Assembly: GCF_006345805.1 (NCBI RefSeq)
Contig: NC_043003.1
Span: 20,646,001 to 20,710,000 of the forward strand
Direction of reading: 5' to 3'
From: Octopus sinensis
Taxonomy: Eukaryota
DNA length: 64,000 nt
A program made the position numbers and the translations under genes. A model generated the notes under the pieces. That model did no database searches, had not been told where the DNA came from, and worked only from the letters and a program-made list of their open reading frames with translations. Positions 25,786 through 38,954 of this stretch are shown piece by piece; position 1 is the stretch's first letter; each line of letters opens with the position of its first letter.

Positions 25786-26213
25786 AATGGCTTGCATATA
25801 TTCATGTCTAAGAGTTTAACGAAAACGATATAGAACCATTGAAGACAGTCTAAAGAGACACGAACAATGCATCAATAGTAATATGGCCGAACATTTTAAA
25901 GATTATAATACAAAACCTCTACCGATATCCTCTATCGAATTAGATGCTTTAAATGTTTTACAGGTATATATTAATTCATCCTACATCACAAATACGAAAT
26001 TTGATTCACAGATCTAATTTGTTTTCCATATATAGTCACCAGCGCCGTTATATAGGTAATTTAATGCTGCTTAGTGTAATATTCTATATTCTTATTGAGA
26101 TTTAATCTCAATGATATAAATAAGATGCATATATTAATACATATATCCATACATACGTACGTACATAGAAACATATATCTGCATGTGTATATGTGTGGAT
26201 GTTTATCTTTATT

Positions 26214-26266
<53 letters not shown>

Positions 26267-26299
26267 ATATATATATATATATGTATATATTTATTCTTT

Positions 26300-26560
26300 T
26301 AATCTTTTCAGTCATTTGACTACGGCCATGCTGTTATAGTCGAACAAATCGATCCCAGAACTTATGTTTTGCAAGCCTATTACTTATTCTATCTTTTGAC
26401 GAACCGATAAGTTACAAGGACAGAAACACACCAACATCGGTTGTCAAGCGATGGTGGGGTGGCAAACACAGACACAAACACACAAATATATACATACACA
26501 CACATACACATATACTACGGGCTTCTTTCATTTTCCGTCTACCAAATCTACTCACAAAGC
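26300..26560 (-). mobile_element. SINE family A, 3' part
   Basis: Reverse complement of the tail and mid-body. Confidence 0.78.
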
Positions 26561-26615
26561 ATGTTTGTTTTGTACACCACCTGTCTTCGTCTTTTGTTTT
26601 TTTTTCGTAAACTCT

Positions 26616-26663
<48 letters not shown>

Positions 26664-26856
26664 TATATTATATATAATATAGGGAGAATTCACAAAAAAA
26701 AAACAAAAGACGAAGACTGGTGGTATAGACAACAAACAGATATATTAGTATGACGCTAGGATGTGAAAAAGTCTTTATGTTTCGAGCCTATGCTCTTCCA
26801 CAGAAAGGAACACAGAAAGAAACGAGAGAAAATAAAGATGTGTAGGGTAGCGATCT

Positions 26857-26894
<38 letters not shown>

Positions 26895-26909
26895 AGATCG
26901 CTACTATAT

Positions 26910-26943
<34 letters not shown>

Positions 26944-27592
26944 AATTATATATATATATATATATATAGCTAGAGAGATACATCTCTTTCTCTCTCTCAC
27001 TCTCTCTCTCTCTCTCTCTTCTCTATATAATATATATATATATTATATTATATAATATATATACATCTATCTATCAATTATATATAATTAAAGTCAAAAT
27101 GAGGGTGAAAAAATTGGATATTAATCTATATCCAAAAAATTGGATATTAATCTATATTAATCTACATTTTCGTTATTTTTCATTTGTCCTGCTCGCTTAC
27201 GTTCTTGGTGTGTTGAATTATTTCTTGAGAACAATTCTTAGTGGTTGAATCCCTTTGCGGATCTATATCTAGCGTAAGAGCGTCCACATAGTGGATTTTC
27301 TCTCATAGTTGTGTATCTATTATATATATATATATGTATATGTATGTATAAATTTGGTGTATCTGTTTATTCAAATATAGATATATACTTACATTTACGT
27401 ATATATGTATGAATGTATGTATGTATGTATGTATGTATGTATGTATGTATATTCGTGTGTGTATGTGTGTGTGTGCGTATCTGAACAACAAAGATACACG
27501 AAACAATAAAAGGATGGATGAGTTAAAGTATCATAATCAGTAAGTCTGGCTCTTTTGCAACCCCCACGTCCTACCATAAACTATATCCATTG

Positions 27593-27651
<59 letters not shown>

Positions 27652-28060
27652 TCACTCTCTCTTCTAATACTTTAAGTAGTAAAGCAACGGAGATGAAATC
27701 TCTTACTCCATAAACATAAGAATGGAAAAGAAACATTGTATCAATCAAATCGAAGATACTGATAAATGTACCCTCGTGCACTTCCGTGACTGCATGTGCA
27801 TGTGTATATATATTCGTGTGCGTGTGCACCTGTGAATGTGTATGTGCCTATATGGTGTGTATATTTGTACAATGAACTTCTTAGATATCAACAAAATACA
27901 ATGGAGAGGAGCTTAAGCTCATTAGACAGCTTAACAGATTTCAACATTGTGTTTTTTGCTCTTGTTGTTTTTCGCTTGGTATTAATTTTCTGACTGTAAA
28001 TGTGTGTGCCTGTGTATGCGTATGGGTATGTATTTGTGTGTGCGTGTGTGTGTGTGTGTG

Positions 28061-28108
<48 letters not shown>

Positions 28109-28483
28109 TGTGTGTGGTGTGTGTGTGTGTGTGTGTGTGTGGGCGTGTGTGTGTGTGTGTCCCCATATGTGTGTACATTCAAAAAAATGCTGCTGTGTCG
28201 GTAATTTTACATAGTCAGCTTTGAAGTTATCTGTAAGATAAAATCTCGGGATGATGTTGAGTGTGTATAAATATATATATACATACATGTGTACGTAGAA
28301 GATACACGCACACGCGTGGTGTACACATACATACTAGCATACACACAAACACAAATGCACATATAGACACAGACACAAATATGTATAAATATATACCTAT
28401 ATATATACGTCAGTGTATGTGTATATATATATATATATGCACGCATGTATAAATATATGCCTACATATACGTAAATATACATA

Positions 28484-28523
<40 letters not shown>

Positions 28524-28673
28524 TATATGTATGTATATTATGTGTGTATAAGTATATGTGTGTGTGTCTGTCTGTCTGTGACCTGATGACACAGGGAAAT
28601 AATACGTATTGAAATTGGATATTAAGATATATTCAGTAAGAGAAATGTGAAACTGATATATACATATATATAT

Positions 28674-28728
<55 letters not shown>

Positions 28729-28825
28729 ATATATATATATAAAGCACACGGAGAGAGTATTTCAAAGACGCGAATAAATGGATAAATAGTAAAATATGCA
28801 TAATATATAGCTTGAGAGAGGTAGG

Positions 28826-28946
28826 GAAGAAGAAGAAGAAGAAGAAGAAGAAGAAGAAGAAGAAGAAGAAGAAGAAGAAGAAGAAGAAGAAGAAGAAGAA
28901 GAAGAAGAAGAAGAAGAAGAAGAAGAAGAAGAAGAAGAAGAAGAAG
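28826..28946. repeat. Pure (GAA)~40 tract
   Basis: Direct reading. Confidence 0.97.
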
Positions 28947-30149
28947 AGAGATTAGTAATGTCTGATTCCGTGCATGAACCTGGGTGATAACATTAATGTT
29001 TACCGCACTCTTTGTCTAATCTGGAATCAGCCATTTTGTGACGTTCACAAACAGAATTGCTTAACTCAAATACCATCGTCCTCGTCACTCAATGGCTGTT
29101 TTCTAACTTAAACCTTGCTGTACTTTCTAAATTGTTTTATTCATATAAAGATTACAATTGGCGATAAGCTAATGCGAAATACTCCATTCGCTGAGAATGC
29201 TTGATATCGTAACTCGTTGCTCGGTCAATAGTGTGTCAACAGTGAAGGCATTTAACTGTTATCTTTATCTAAGAACTATTTCGTTTCCCCATTAGGGCTT
29301 TGTAATTCTACTTCAGATATCAGATAGTCAAAGGTCGTTGCTGCTGCAGTTGCTGTTGTTGTTTTTCGCCCTAAGTCAGTTTTGACCTCGTAGACCTATG
29401 ATCAAATACCTTCTAGACGTAACCATTCTATCTTCTTGTATAACGGAAGCTATATTGGCCATATTAGATGGTAAAGTGTAATTTGATGCAGATTCGGTTG
29501 CTATCTCTTGCAGGTCGTATGACCACGTAGAAATGCCTTTGTTTCTGCTTGTCCCTAAATTTGTGAAAGTAATATTTTGTCTAATTCCCCCTTTTTTTCT
29601 AACACAGGCACAAGCCTGTGATCTCTTATATTCTCCAAGTTTAGGTGAGGATTTTAAGATAGTGTTGTGGAAAGATTCTGACCAGCGCCAAGTGGCTAAA
29701 AGTGGACTGCACGTGGCTATAAAATAAAGTACTGTGAGCAATGGGCAAGCAGTTCACTGTGAGCCGTTGCTTGAGAGCGTTGAGTCTCGAGTAACAGTAA
29801 TCATACTGCGTCGTGTAAATATTTTTTCTTTCCTCCTGCTTCGTTAAATGATATATCCAACACTAGGATATAAACGATAGAATTGGGGCCAAAAACTAAT
29901 TTCTTTAATTAATCAACCATATCTTTTTTCATCGATTAAATCTCCCTTAGCGGGTTATGTGTATGCAGCTGCGTTAAATTATGATGGTAATCTCTCGTAA
30001 TCCGAGAAAGACGGTTCTGCAATTTCTTGCTGAACAACCTGTATAGATAGTTTGTTTATAGGGATCAGATGTTTGTGATGTACTTTAACTTACTCCTTCA
30101 AATCAACATTGCCTCTACAGGTTCACATTCTAACACACATCAAGTGTCG

Positions 30150-30280
30150 AAGTGATCGCAGAGAAGCGTCAGACGAAGTGTATTACTCAAGAACACAATG
30201 CAATCCCCTGTCCAGGAATTGAAACCACGATATCGCGACCGTGAAGCAACGCTCTAACCACTAGTCTGTGCGCCCTCACA
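30150..30280 (-). mobile_element. SINE family C-like head, diverged
   Basis: TAGTGGTTAGAGCG...GGTTTCAATTCCTGG...GTGTTCTTGAGTAA. Confidence 0.6.
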
Positions 30281-32167
30281 TGTTAAACTATATTTTTAGT
30301 TTTATCAGTTAAACATCGTAAGGAGAGAGGTAAGATTCGACTACTTATGTAAGTGGGATAGAACAATTCGTAGTGACTGCAATGCTGTTTCATATTACTT
30401 AGACATATTTACACTTTGTCAGTGTTACATCGACAAGACCTCTGAACCTTCGAGAAACCGTACTGCTTGGAAGTAGACCTAACACCTCCCCCTGACCCCT
30501 TGAGCTTCCTATTCGACCAGTAGTCTCTTTGCATTAAAATAAAATCACGAACCAAGTGTCCACTTGAATGGAAAATCACACACGTCAGCTGAATGATGGC
30601 CAAGATCCAGGCAAAAGAAACTGAAATCACTCCTAGAATAATCGTCTCCCTAGCAAGATCAAATATTGAAATAATGTGCACAGAATGATGAGAATTGCTG
30701 TGTTGGCTATAATCAATATAATGATTTTCTTTATACCGATCTAATAGGCTAACTCTGTTGACTGGCAATTAATCGATAGAACTATGCTAATATATGTTTT
30801 TGGTTTGTTTGTTTTTTTCTCCCATTTTGTTTTGTCGTATATTTTTAATAATTTCTTTGAATGGTCATCTTTTGAAAGTTGCCCAAGACTTTTTTCCTTA
30901 TGAAAATTTTGATTTATTGGATAATTCCATATCTGTCTCCCTGTCTCTCTAACTCTCTCTCACATCTGTATTTTTTTTTTTTTTGTTTGGGGTTTTTTTT
31001 TTGCTGAATGTCAACAAATAGAGTTGATTGAGATATATAGAAATAGAGACAATACTTTATTAAATCCATTCAACCCAATTATACTATTGGTATTTATTTG
31101 ACCTCAATGCCAGATGATTGCGACACTGAAAACTGACAAACAGGGTATTGTAAAGTATTTTACCTCACTCGCTACCCTCCTTTCCATTTCGAGCGTTTCA
31201 ATGTTAAATAAAAATTATTTATAACAAAATATAAAAATTATTCATTATAAAAAAAATAAGTTATATTCTTTATAAAAAAAAACTTTATTTTTATTAAAAA
31301 ATAAAAATCCTTTATAAAAAAATATTGATTTCATCGTTAGGCACAAAGAAATGGATACATTTATAAAATTTTTCTCAAATATTTTTGCTTGCTCATATCA
31401 GCATCAACAAGTTAAATTGTTATCTTTTATAGTAACTCCTGCAAGTTAATTTGCAGTATCTTTGCAATTTCCTAAATTAACTCGTTTTCGACCGTTCTAA
31501 GTTATTACGGAAAATATCAAGAAATTTACTGCTAACTGTTTTTACAGCTTTTTTTTCTGTCTCTTGGTCTATCTGTCTGTTTGCATTTTGTTCACCCTAT
31601 CTCTTTCGTTCGCTCTATTACTCTCAATCTTCTCTAATTTATTTATTTAATTTAATTCCATTTTGTTTTTTATTGGCGCTTTCATCTCAATGGAGAACTT
31701 TAAATTCAGAGAACGCTATGCTGAAATCAAATTAGAAGCATCATAAGTGTACCGAATTGGATGCTGCTAAAAATTGAAACCAGCACACAAAGAGGCATAA
31801 GATAGTTTGTTTTGTTTTTTTCCTTTCTGATATACAAATGCACATAGAGAAACAGACACTCTTAAGTACACATATACACACAAATGTTTCTTCCACATCT
31901 TCCTTAACCATTTGGACTTGTCTCCAGCGTAAGAAATTTTGTGTCGACAAAACTGGTCAATCCACTTTCACTATTGGATGAACTCCTTCTATGGAATGAT
32001 CAGTTCCTTCATTAAAGCTAACGCTGAATCTAGTTGAATCTTTATTCACTTGTGAAATATATAACTTATGCAAAGCTACTCCATATGATAGCAAGAAGAA
32101 GAAGCATTGCTTTTGTGATTCGAAAGTGTAACCCATGGCATATTTGTTTTCAAACCTTGCCCAATCA

Positions 32168-32575
32168 GGCGTAGGAGTGGCTGTGTGGTAAGTAGCTTGC
32201 TTACCTACCACATGGTTCCGGGTTCAGTCCCACTGTGTGGCACCTTGGGCAAGTGTCTTCTACTATAGCCTCGGGCCGACCAAAGTCTTGTGAGTGGACT
32301 TGGTAGACGGAAACTGAAAGAAGCCCGTCGTATATATGTATACATATATGTGTGTGTTTGTGTGTCTGTGTTTGTCTACCCAGCATCGCTTGACAACCGA
32401 TGCTGGTGTGCTTACGTCCCCGTAACTTAACGGTTCGGCAAAAGAGACCGATAGAATAAGTACTAGGCTTACAAAGAATAAGTCCTGGGGTCGATTTGCT
32501 CGACTATAGACGGTGCTCCAGCATGACCGCAGTCAAATGACTGAAACAAGTAAAAGAGTAAAGAGTAAAAGAGAG
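32168..32575 (+). mobile_element. SINE family A, full length
   Basis: Same head, body and (TAAAAGAG)n tail as 4872-5275. Confidence 0.88.
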
Positions 32576-32866
32576 AGTAATCAACATTAATCTTTTTAAA
32601 CCTAAGTTCCACACTTAAATACATACGTTCAATGCCACAGACACACACACACACACACACATGCACACACACACGCATACACACGCACACACACACACAC
32701 GCATACACACCGCACAACACACCACAACACACAACACATGCACACCACACACACTATATTTTATATATTATATAGATATATATATATATATATACACACA
32801 CATATCTTTATATATATATATTATATATATATATATATATTATATATACACTTACACATAATCTGT

Positions 32867-32906
<40 letters not shown>

Positions 32907-33485
32907 TTACAATTCTGTATACATATAATATAATATATATATATATATATACACTTACACATATCTGTAACAATATATATATATATATATTATATACACT
33001 ACACATATCTGTTCATATATATATATATACTAGCATATTAGTAAAATATAAGCATTTAGATATACCAAAATATACAAAAAATGTGATATATATGGTAAAT
33101 TTTTTTTTAGATTTAAAAATGGATTGCGTCCCTAACATCATGTTTGGGTATTCTATTCTATATATTTATCGATTTAGAACTGGGGAAACTTTTCAAAATT
33201 TTTCGCTGCGTATTTTTATTATACATTGGCTATGTTCAAGTTTCTCAGAATCGAACCGTATCATGAGGTAGAGAAAACAGACCACAGAAACACGCACATA
33301 CAACTCCTTTAATAGATATATATATACATACATCCATGAGCACAAACACATATATACTTACTGTAAATTGTAAATTGAACATGTAAATAAATGTCTTAAA
33401 TTTGGTATCGTATATTTTTTTAAGAAACAAGCAAGTGCGTTTTCTGCGATAGATGGAGTAGCGGTGACGAGTGAAATTTCTGTAA

Positions 33486-33709
33486 ATAATAATATTTATA
33501 AGCTTAAAGCTTTTAACTGATCACCGTGTATTGAAAATAATCTAATATTTGGGCATATAGCCCTCGACGGTAAAAAGTGAGTTTTACAGGCGTACGGAAA
33601 ACCACGTTTTTTTCTATCAAGGGCTATTATGCCCCAATATTAGACTAGTTTCTTTAGTCAATACACAGCGATTGCTTATAAGCTTTAAGCTTAAAAAGGT
33701 TATTATTAT
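33486..33709. repeat. Foldback of two inverted SINE-D bodies
   Basis: Arms 33486-33576 and 33607-33709 are inverted and both resemble 38960-39050. Confidence 0.75.
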
Positions 33710-33744
33710 CGTATATTTTTATCTACTTTCTCTTTCTTCTATTA

Positions 33745-33905
33745 ATCTTTTCATTGAATAGCTTAAACACATCAATGCAAATACAAATGTAGGGTTATAC
33801 AGTTCGTTATTTCTGAATTTTCCCCGTTAATCTCATATCGACCTCCTGCTCTAGGTATTCGAGTTCGGTAAGCTATACACCACAATCACCGATTCCGATA
33901 TTAAA
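33745..33905 (+). mobile_element. Second fragment of the same Penelope-like RT
   Basis: ~160 bp close match to 23400-23557 (e.g. TTTTCCCCGTTAATCTCATATCGACCTCCTGCTCTAGGTATTCGAGTTC). Confidence 0.8.
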
Positions 33906-34084
33906 AACAAACAAACAAAAAGAACGAAGCTCCAATAACGGACAGAGTCAACAACTATTGAAAAGGTTGCAAAAAGCAACGAAAATTTTAGAAATAATAA
34001 ATAAGTAAATGAGTAGAAATCGAACCGATGAGTTGTCAATTAATAAGGCATTGAAACAGAATGACTCTCCCCAGACACAGCAAT

Positions 34085-34260
34085 AGGTAGGTGTGTGTGT
34101 GTATGGCTATGTAGTAAGAAGTTTGTTTTTCAACCACATAGTTCTGGGTTCAGTCCCACTGTGTAGCAGTATGGACAAGTGTCTTGTGCTCTAACCTCGG
34201 GGACGACCAAAGACTTGTAAGTGGAATTCGTAGACGGCGGCTGAAAGAATCCCGTCGTAA
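34085..34260 (+). mobile_element. SINE family A, partial
   Basis: CAACCACATAGTTCTGGGTTCAGTCCCACTG...GACCAAAGACTTGTAAGTGG. Confidence 0.7.
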
Positions 34261-35469
34261 ATATTTGTGAGTGTATGTGTGTGTCTTTCTATGTGCTCAA
34301 TGAAACAATTAAAGAAGATATGAAAAATAATTAAAATGATACATACAGAATCATCGTCAAATTATAGTTGATTTGGCAAAGTCCACGATCGAAAATACTA
34401 TCACAGAACTGTTACTGAAGAAATATATTTAAACAGGAAGAGTTGTTGGGAAGGATAATAAAACTGCACAACACAAATTGCACAGTAAACTAAAACTATT
34501 CAATCTGTAAAGGTTGTTCTTACTGGGTCAGTGACCGCTACATAACGGTTTGAATATACAAATTTTGGAGTCTGGAAGCAAGAATTAAGTATGATTACAC
34601 TAGGAGGACAGTCCACTAAACTCTAAAATTTTTATGAAACTGTTGTGTTATGCTTCTTCGAAAAACATACAACGTGATTAAAATGCTTCAAATACTGTCA
34701 AAATAATTCTTCGCTTAAAAATAAACGTAATCTTTTTTTTTTTCTAATTGATGCGATATGCAATAACAACTACTCTTATAGAAAAAGCTCTCTAACATAG
34801 GATAAGCATCAAAAGAAGATCTTATATGTGGATACATTACCATCTTTAAACACAACAGAATTTTCTAGAATATTCTAATGAAAATTTCCACTCAATGAAG
34901 AACAAAACGTATAAATATTATGGAAGCCAAGCAGCTATTTTCTCACTGATATGTAAACAATGTTGTAAGATTCAGGATTTTATTTATGATAAAAGAATCA
35001 TCAATAATAACAGAATTGATAACAGAATCATCGATGACTTTTCACAATGACTTTTACAGAGCTTGTGTGAGAAAAGATGGGGTCCTGAGATCAGAAACCT
35101 GGCTTGATTATATGAATTAGGGTCGTCTCCGCTAACAGCAATCAAGAGGCTAAACTGTAGAGTTAAACTAAACGATAAATTAAGCATATCCCCAGAGAAC
35201 GGGTACAGTTGATCTGCAGGTTTATTCACAGTTTACGCCTATTAAATTGAATACACAATTCGCGGGATGATTCAAAACTAGGCCACGCGTTGAGATCGAG
35301 CTCAGACCCACGTGATTGTGAAGCAGGCTTCTTAATCACACGAGCATGTTTGTGCTACGAGTTATTAAGTTACTTGGTTGTATTAGCTAAGTTTCAAATA
35401 GTAACCTTGTGAAGACAGGATTTCGAACCAAAAGGTAAATATACTTAATGAAATTTCAAGTTCTGTGAA

Positions 35470-35905
35470 TGATATTGCTTTCAAATTTTGGCACAAGGCC
35501 AGCAATTATGAGGAATTTGTTAAGTCAAATACATTGAGCCCAATGTTTAACTGGTACTTCTTATTTTATCGACTCGAAAAAAAGGCAAAGTCGACCTCGG
35601 CGCAATTTGAATTCAGAACGTAAAGATGGACGAAATGCAACAAAGGTTTTTTCCCCGGCGTAATAACGAGTCTTATTTCTTTACTGCCCACAAGGGGCTA
35701 CACTTAGAGGGGACAAACAAGGACAGACAAAGGGATTAAGTCGATTACATCGACCCCAGTGCATAACTGGTACTTAATTTATCGACCCCGAAAGGATGAA
35801 AAGCAAAGTCGACCTCGGCGGAATTTGAACTCAGAAAGTAAAGATGGACGAAATACGGCTACGCATTTCGCCCGGCATGCTAACGTTTCTGCCAGCTCGC
35901 CGCCT
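35470..35905 (-). mobile_element. Two adjacent/nested SINE B copies with different tails
   Basis: 35673-35905 has the Tx1-like tail; 35470-35672 has the GGCCTTGTGCC tail. Confidence 0.82.
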
Positions 35906-36779
35906 TTATTGTATAATTAATATTTTTGTGGATGATAATAAAAATAAATTGTACAACAATTATCCTTAAGTTTAGCATGTGACTCTACAATTTCTAACCA
36001 GAAATCTTTTCGTAATCGTTCAGCCAATCTTCCTCAGGTCACTTTCTACTGACATAAATAATGAAAAAAAGTTTATTTTTCCTGCATATCACTAAAAAGG
36101 TGAAACCGTCAAGGCTGGAATGAATTTCATCATAGATCTGCTCAATTAAAGATAAACTTGGGGTTAATCAAAACAACAACAATAACAACAACAGCTTATA
36201 TTTTTTGTAAATTTCAAGACTATAGTCATCTTTAATTGAAACTCGGTTATATCTTTATCGATGTAATTAAAAAATAAATAATAAAGTGTGCAAACTACTC
36301 CTATAGAATATTAGTCAGAAATGATATGCATAATTTTGTAAATTAATTTTGATTAAATTTCCTAATCATTATTCCGTTTTTCGTTGGTTTACGCTTTGTC
36401 TTTTGGTTTTGAAGACAGAGAAAAGAATAATATTTTGATGTTTTCATTAAAGAAGCGTGCAAAATTTTAAATTAAATTTCAATTTAAGATATAATTTTTT
36501 ATCCTCAGAAACCATTGAATAAAATAACGTCTATTGTAATATTACAGTAATGTGAAGGAGGAGGAGGTGGAGGAGGCATAAATTATGTTTCGAATTAAAC
36601 TATCGACGGATTCACATTTACGTTCCATTTCACCGGTGTCGATTGTAAGGAATACTAGTCTATCATACTTTGGAAACTAGATGCAAGAATAGCTTTACAT
36701 ACTATGTTATTATAAAATCAATACCAACTTTTTTCCTTCTGCCGATAAGTTTCTCATACCGTCATATCTTCAACAGAGA

Positions 36780-37200
36780 CGAAAAGAGAATAGGATAGTA
36801 CAGTAGTTCAGTTTTATATGAATGGCCTAAAGAGTTTCGTATTGCCGACAGTCAGTGGGTAAATTTACTACTGATTTTCGATTTTATGATGCCAGGTGAA
36901 GGAGTCATAAATGAGAAAGATTTTTTTGTGGTAAACATGCAGACAATAAACGAAACGAGACAATTGGGCGCGGCTGTTTGGATACTGGCGATTTTGGCGC
37001 GGCTGACCAGACATCCAACCTGTTTTGGTGATGGTCCTTTTTGGCACTGGAAGCAAACACACATACACAAACGCGAGCTCGCGCAGAAATATACACTCAC
37101 TGGCTGAGAGTGAGAGAGAGTGAGGGAGGTAATAGAGATGGGAGAGAGAGATTATGCACTCATACAAACATAGCTAGATGCTCAAATACATAAACAGGAG
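36780..37200. promoter_or_regulatory. Possible cis-regulatory or promoter-proximal unique segment
   Basis: Local CpG enrichment, GGCGCGGCTG x2, palindrome CGCGAGCTCGCG, TTTATGA motifs; not matching any repeat seen in the window. Confidence 0.28.
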
Positions 37201-37448
37201 AGAGGGGGAGAGAACGAGAGAAACATTCAAAGAAGGGGAAAATTAATACTGAAGTTAATAAATCAACGTCGAATCAGCGATGGCAATTAGGCAACGCGAA
37301 AACGTCTCATATTCTACAATAAATATGAGTTATAAACATAAAAAAACTGCTGTATTCACCTCCTTCTGTATGTGTATATTTTATTCTATAGGTAAAAATG
37401 TACCCTACCGGCAGATGTCAACTTAATAGTGATATTTCTTGACTTATT

Positions 37449-38005
37449 TAATAATAAAAATAATAATAATGAAATTATTGTGTACAGTGCTCAGGTGCAC
37501 CACAACTTGTCAAAAGTGCATATAAAGCATATGCAGTAATGTACAAATGTCTGGAAAGTGAACAGTGTAAGAGTCAGATACATGCTTGCATGTGTATGGA
37601 GGGGAGAAAATCAGGCGTAGTGTTGGCGAATCTCAGGAAGCATGGAAGTTTTGAAGGATGCAGTTCTCCGACAACTAACAACTGATGCCGGAAGTTTGTT
37701 CCATAGTTCAGCAACTCTTAGCGTGAAAAAATGTTTTCGAAAGTCATGGGAGCTGTGCTATTTTCTGACTTTGTAAACATGTCTACAGGTGTTAGACAGG
37801 TGGAGTTTGAAAAGGTACTCAGAGTTATGGTTTGTAAGATGGTTAATAATTTTATGAGTGTTTGCCAAGTCAGTTGCCAGACGTCGGAGTTTCTATGTAT
37901 CCATGCCCAGGGAAGTAAGACGTTCTCAGTGTATACTTACGTTATAGTGACACAAAGTGATTTATAATTTAGAGCCATAATAGATTTTTTTGTTTATACG
38001 ATATG
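37449..38005 (-). mobile_element. 5'-truncated CR1-clade LINE 3' end
   Basis: ERLTSLGMD..KLRRLATDL...HFFTLRVAELWNKLPASVV...SFK, 3' UTR, (ATT)n tail. Confidence 0.82.
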
Positions 38006-38549
38006 TTTATTTTCTGTATGTTTTCCATAACAGATCTACTACACAGACGATTCATTTGCCAGTCGACACAATTTATAAAATCAATCGATTCCTTTCAGGC
38101 TGCTCTGTTCTATGGGACAGCCAATGTTGTACATAAAAATAGAACTGCTGTATAATCTGAACATCTTTTCCGCTCTGATAAATATGACAGTATCAAAAGC
38201 CAATGGGGTTATTATATACAGTGCACTAGAACATGACGGAAAAGGGTAAAAGAGGAGACATAAATAGCAAACCAAGAAAAGAAAGACAATTATGATAGCC
38301 AAAAGTACATATATATTGCATTGGATAAAAGACAAGAAAACAGAAAAGTGAACTATGAAAGAAACATAAGGAGAAAAGGTGTGTGTACATTAAGTGTGAT
38401 ATAAAGAAGGAAATTTTATTTTAATACTCTTTAAATTGCGTGTACCGAGTTTTTCTACGAGCTTCCGCAATACCAGCGAATGTTTTATTCACTGTTTCCT
38501 ATATATTTCAAATCACGAATTTCGTCTGAGCAGATGACAATTGAGTGTA

Positions 38550-38590
38550 CAGTATTGACAAGACTTTACAAGCGCGAAACGCGTCTATCG
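38550..38590 (+). ncRNA. Decayed hammerhead-like motif
   Basis: CAGTA-TTGACAA-G..CTT TAC AAG..C-GAAACGCGTC-TATCG; palindromic ACGCGT followed by a GUC site. Confidence 0.38.
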
Positions 38591-38751
38591 CTCGTCTCCG
38601 TCATTGCAGCGACAATGTTCGCCTCCCTCCAATGTATATCGTACTTTTAACACAAATCTATGAAGGGATTTTATCTGAGAAAATTTCTCAACATCTTTCC
38701 TTCTAATTGTTCGTATGCATTTAGTACTGGTACACAGATGGCGATATATAT

Positions 38752-38785
<34 letters not shown>

Positions 38786-38874
38786 GATATATATATATAT
38801 ATATAATTATATATATATATATAAAGCAGTACTTGGAGAAAGAAGAACGGAACGAAACGAACGAATCGAATCGA

Positions 38875-38943
<69 letters not shown>

Positions 38944-38954
38944 CTATATATATA

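Noticed and set aside
29376-30768. 121-aa and 119-aa minus-strand ORFs in non-microsatellite DNA
   Set aside because: No recognisable motif; length within chance expectation.
37400-37420. TACCCT seed resembling miR-10
   Set aside because: Similarity stops after 6 nt and there is no precursor hairpin.
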